64,000 nucleotides of DNA from Nitrososphaera sp. (lineage in GTDB: Archaea; Thermoproteota; Nitrososphaeria; Nitrososphaerales; Nitrososphaeraceae). The stretch is taken from assembly GCA_038201105.1 (NCBI GenBank), contig JBBRRH010000001.1:8864-72863 (forward strand), written 5' to 3'. Below are positions 62,626 to 64,000 of the stretch, piece after piece. The position numbers and the translations under genes are program-made. A model generated the notes under the pieces. It was not told the DNA's origin. It saw nothing but the letters and a program-made list of their open reading frames with translations, and made no database searches. Numbering within the stretch: the first letter of the stretch is position 1; each line of letters opens with the position of its first letter.

Positions 62626-62792
62626 AATTCTAGTGTCTGAAATGCAATATTTAGGTATTAGTTTCCATTGAAGGCAGGATCAGTGCTAGACATTGAATAA
62701 GTGCAAACTATTTTCTTCAATAGTACGAGGATTTTTTTTCTCTGCATTGGCATAATGAAAATCCAATTAGTTCAGCTCACTTCAAGTTTGCT

Positions 62793-64000
62793 TCAAGTTC
62801 TTCTTCGAAGTACATTTAATGCCGATCCAGCACGGAACCAATCAAGCTGAGAAGTGCTATAAGAATGGTTCAATAGTATTTCTTCAACTTTGCCGTCCTC
62901 GTGGCGCAAACTGCATGTTACCGGCTTACCTTGTTCGAGATCTTTTAGCCCAACTATGCTCAATTTGTCTCCTTCCATTATTTTGTCGTAATCACGAGGA
63001 TCCGTGAATGTAAGAGCAAGGATTCCCTGTTTCTTAATATTTGTCTCGTGGATCCTAGCAAAACTCTTTGCAATAATGGCGGCGCATCCCAGATATCTGG
63101 GGGTCATTGCCGCATGTTCTCTGCTGCTTCCTTCCCCATAGTTTTGATCCCCGATAATTATCCACATGATATGCTTCAACTTGTAATCTCTTGCAATTTC
63201 AGGGAAGGACTGGGTACTACCATCTAGAATATTTCTTCCACTTCCTACATTTCCATTGAAAGCATTAACGGCCCCAAGAAGAAGATTGTCACTTATCTTG
63301 TCTATGTGTCCTCTGAACATCAGCCATGTTCCAGCAGGTGAAATATGATCGGTGGTACACTTTCCCTTTACCTTTGCCAGTATTGGCAGATTATCAAAAT
63401 CATTACCGTCCCATGGTTGAAAAGGCTCAAGTTTTTGTAGCCTGTTACTGTTATTCTTTATTATAAGATTTACACTATCAGGTTCAGCAGATGGTGGAAC
63501 ATATACATCAGTAACTTGGATAAAGCCTTTAGCTGGAATTTCTGGTGCTGGTTCGGGGGGTTCTAATTTGACTCTTGACCCATCTTCCGCAGTAATCTCG
63601 TCTACAATAGGATTGAATGATAGTCTGCCAGAAAGAGCCAAGGCTATTACAACCTCTGGACTCGATATGAAATTCATAGTTTCCCTTCTTCCATCATTTC
63701 GGCCTGGAAAGTTTCTGTTATACGAAGTTACGATAGTGTTTGTTTCACCCTTTTTCAATTCAGGTCTACTCCATTGTCCTATACACGGTCCGCAGGCATT
63801 CGCAAGGACTGTAGCGCCAATTGATTGCAGCAAACTTATTTGCCCGTCCCTATCAATCGTCGCTCTAATCATTTCTGAGCCAGGAGTAACAAGCAGAGAG
63901 GTCTTTATCTTTAGCCCCTTAATTTTAGCTTGCTCTGCAATGCTTGCCGCGCGGGACATATCCTCGTATGAAGAGTTAGTACAACTACCAATAAGTGCTA
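62793..64000 (-). CDS. acn: Aconitate hydratase, C-terminal part (5' end outside the window)
   Basis: IGSCTNSS at the edge, ANACGPCIGQW, NRNFPGR, TTDHISPAG, NYGEGSSREHAA. Confidence 0.95.
   Translation of the reverse strand, partial: ALIGSCTNSSYEDMSRAASIAEQAKIKGLKIKTSLLVTPGSEMIRATIDRDGQISLLQSIGATVLANACGPCIGQWSRPELKKGETNTIVTSYNRNFPGRNDGRRETMNFISSPEVVIALALSGRLSFNPIVDEITAEDGSRVKLEPPEPAPEIPAKGFIQVTDVYVPPSAEPDSVNLIIKNNSNRLQKLEPFQPWDGNDFDNLPILAKVKGKCTTDHISPAGTWLMFRGHIDKISDNLLLGAVNAFNGNVGSGRNILDGSTQSFPEIARDYKLKHIMWIIIGDQNYGEGSSREHAAMTPRYLGCAAIIAKSFARIHETNIKKQGILALTFTDPRDYDKIMEGDKLSIVGLKDLEQGKPVTCSLRHEDGKVEEILLNHSYSTSQLDWFRAGSALNVLRRRT

Noticed and set aside
1-64000. CRISPR array, rRNA or IS transposase
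   Set aside because: No regularly spaced repeat-spacer units, rRNA-like sequence or transposase motifs were found.

Overview
Archaeal chromosomal window, most consistent with an ammonia-oxidising Nitrososphaerota (Thaumarchaeota), probably Nitrososphaerales. The assignment is inferred from gene content and order, intron-containing tRNAs and cdvC; it was not checked against a database. Bases 1-50 kb and 60.9-64 kb are core genome: tuf-rps10, ileS, ppa, cdvC, a LysW-carrier arginine/lysine operon (argG-lysW-argX-argC-argB-argD-lysM-hcs-lysW-lysX-lysK-dph5), GGR, cobT, glmS, rps13-rps4, a double AAA+/vWA cluster, a tkt-rpe/tkt/tal operon, pdxST, aconitase and four tRNAs. A roughly 10.7-kb integrated element (50121-60802) lies between tRNA-Thr(GGT) and tRNA-Leu(TAA). 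It is bounded by an exact 15-bp direct repeat that overlaps the 5' end of tRNA-Thr, so the element appears to supply the tRNA promoter. It carries an intact tyrosine integrase, a second inverted integrase remnant, two primase/helicase remnants, RHH and AbrB regulators, many small Cys-rich proteins, secreted proteins and five related CTGG...CCAG hairpins. Other leads: a LysW paralogue ending in EDWGQ instead of EDWGE next to argX, C55 in the T-loop of two tRNAs, a two-intron tRNA-Leu, and two regulators split by homopolymer frameshifts.
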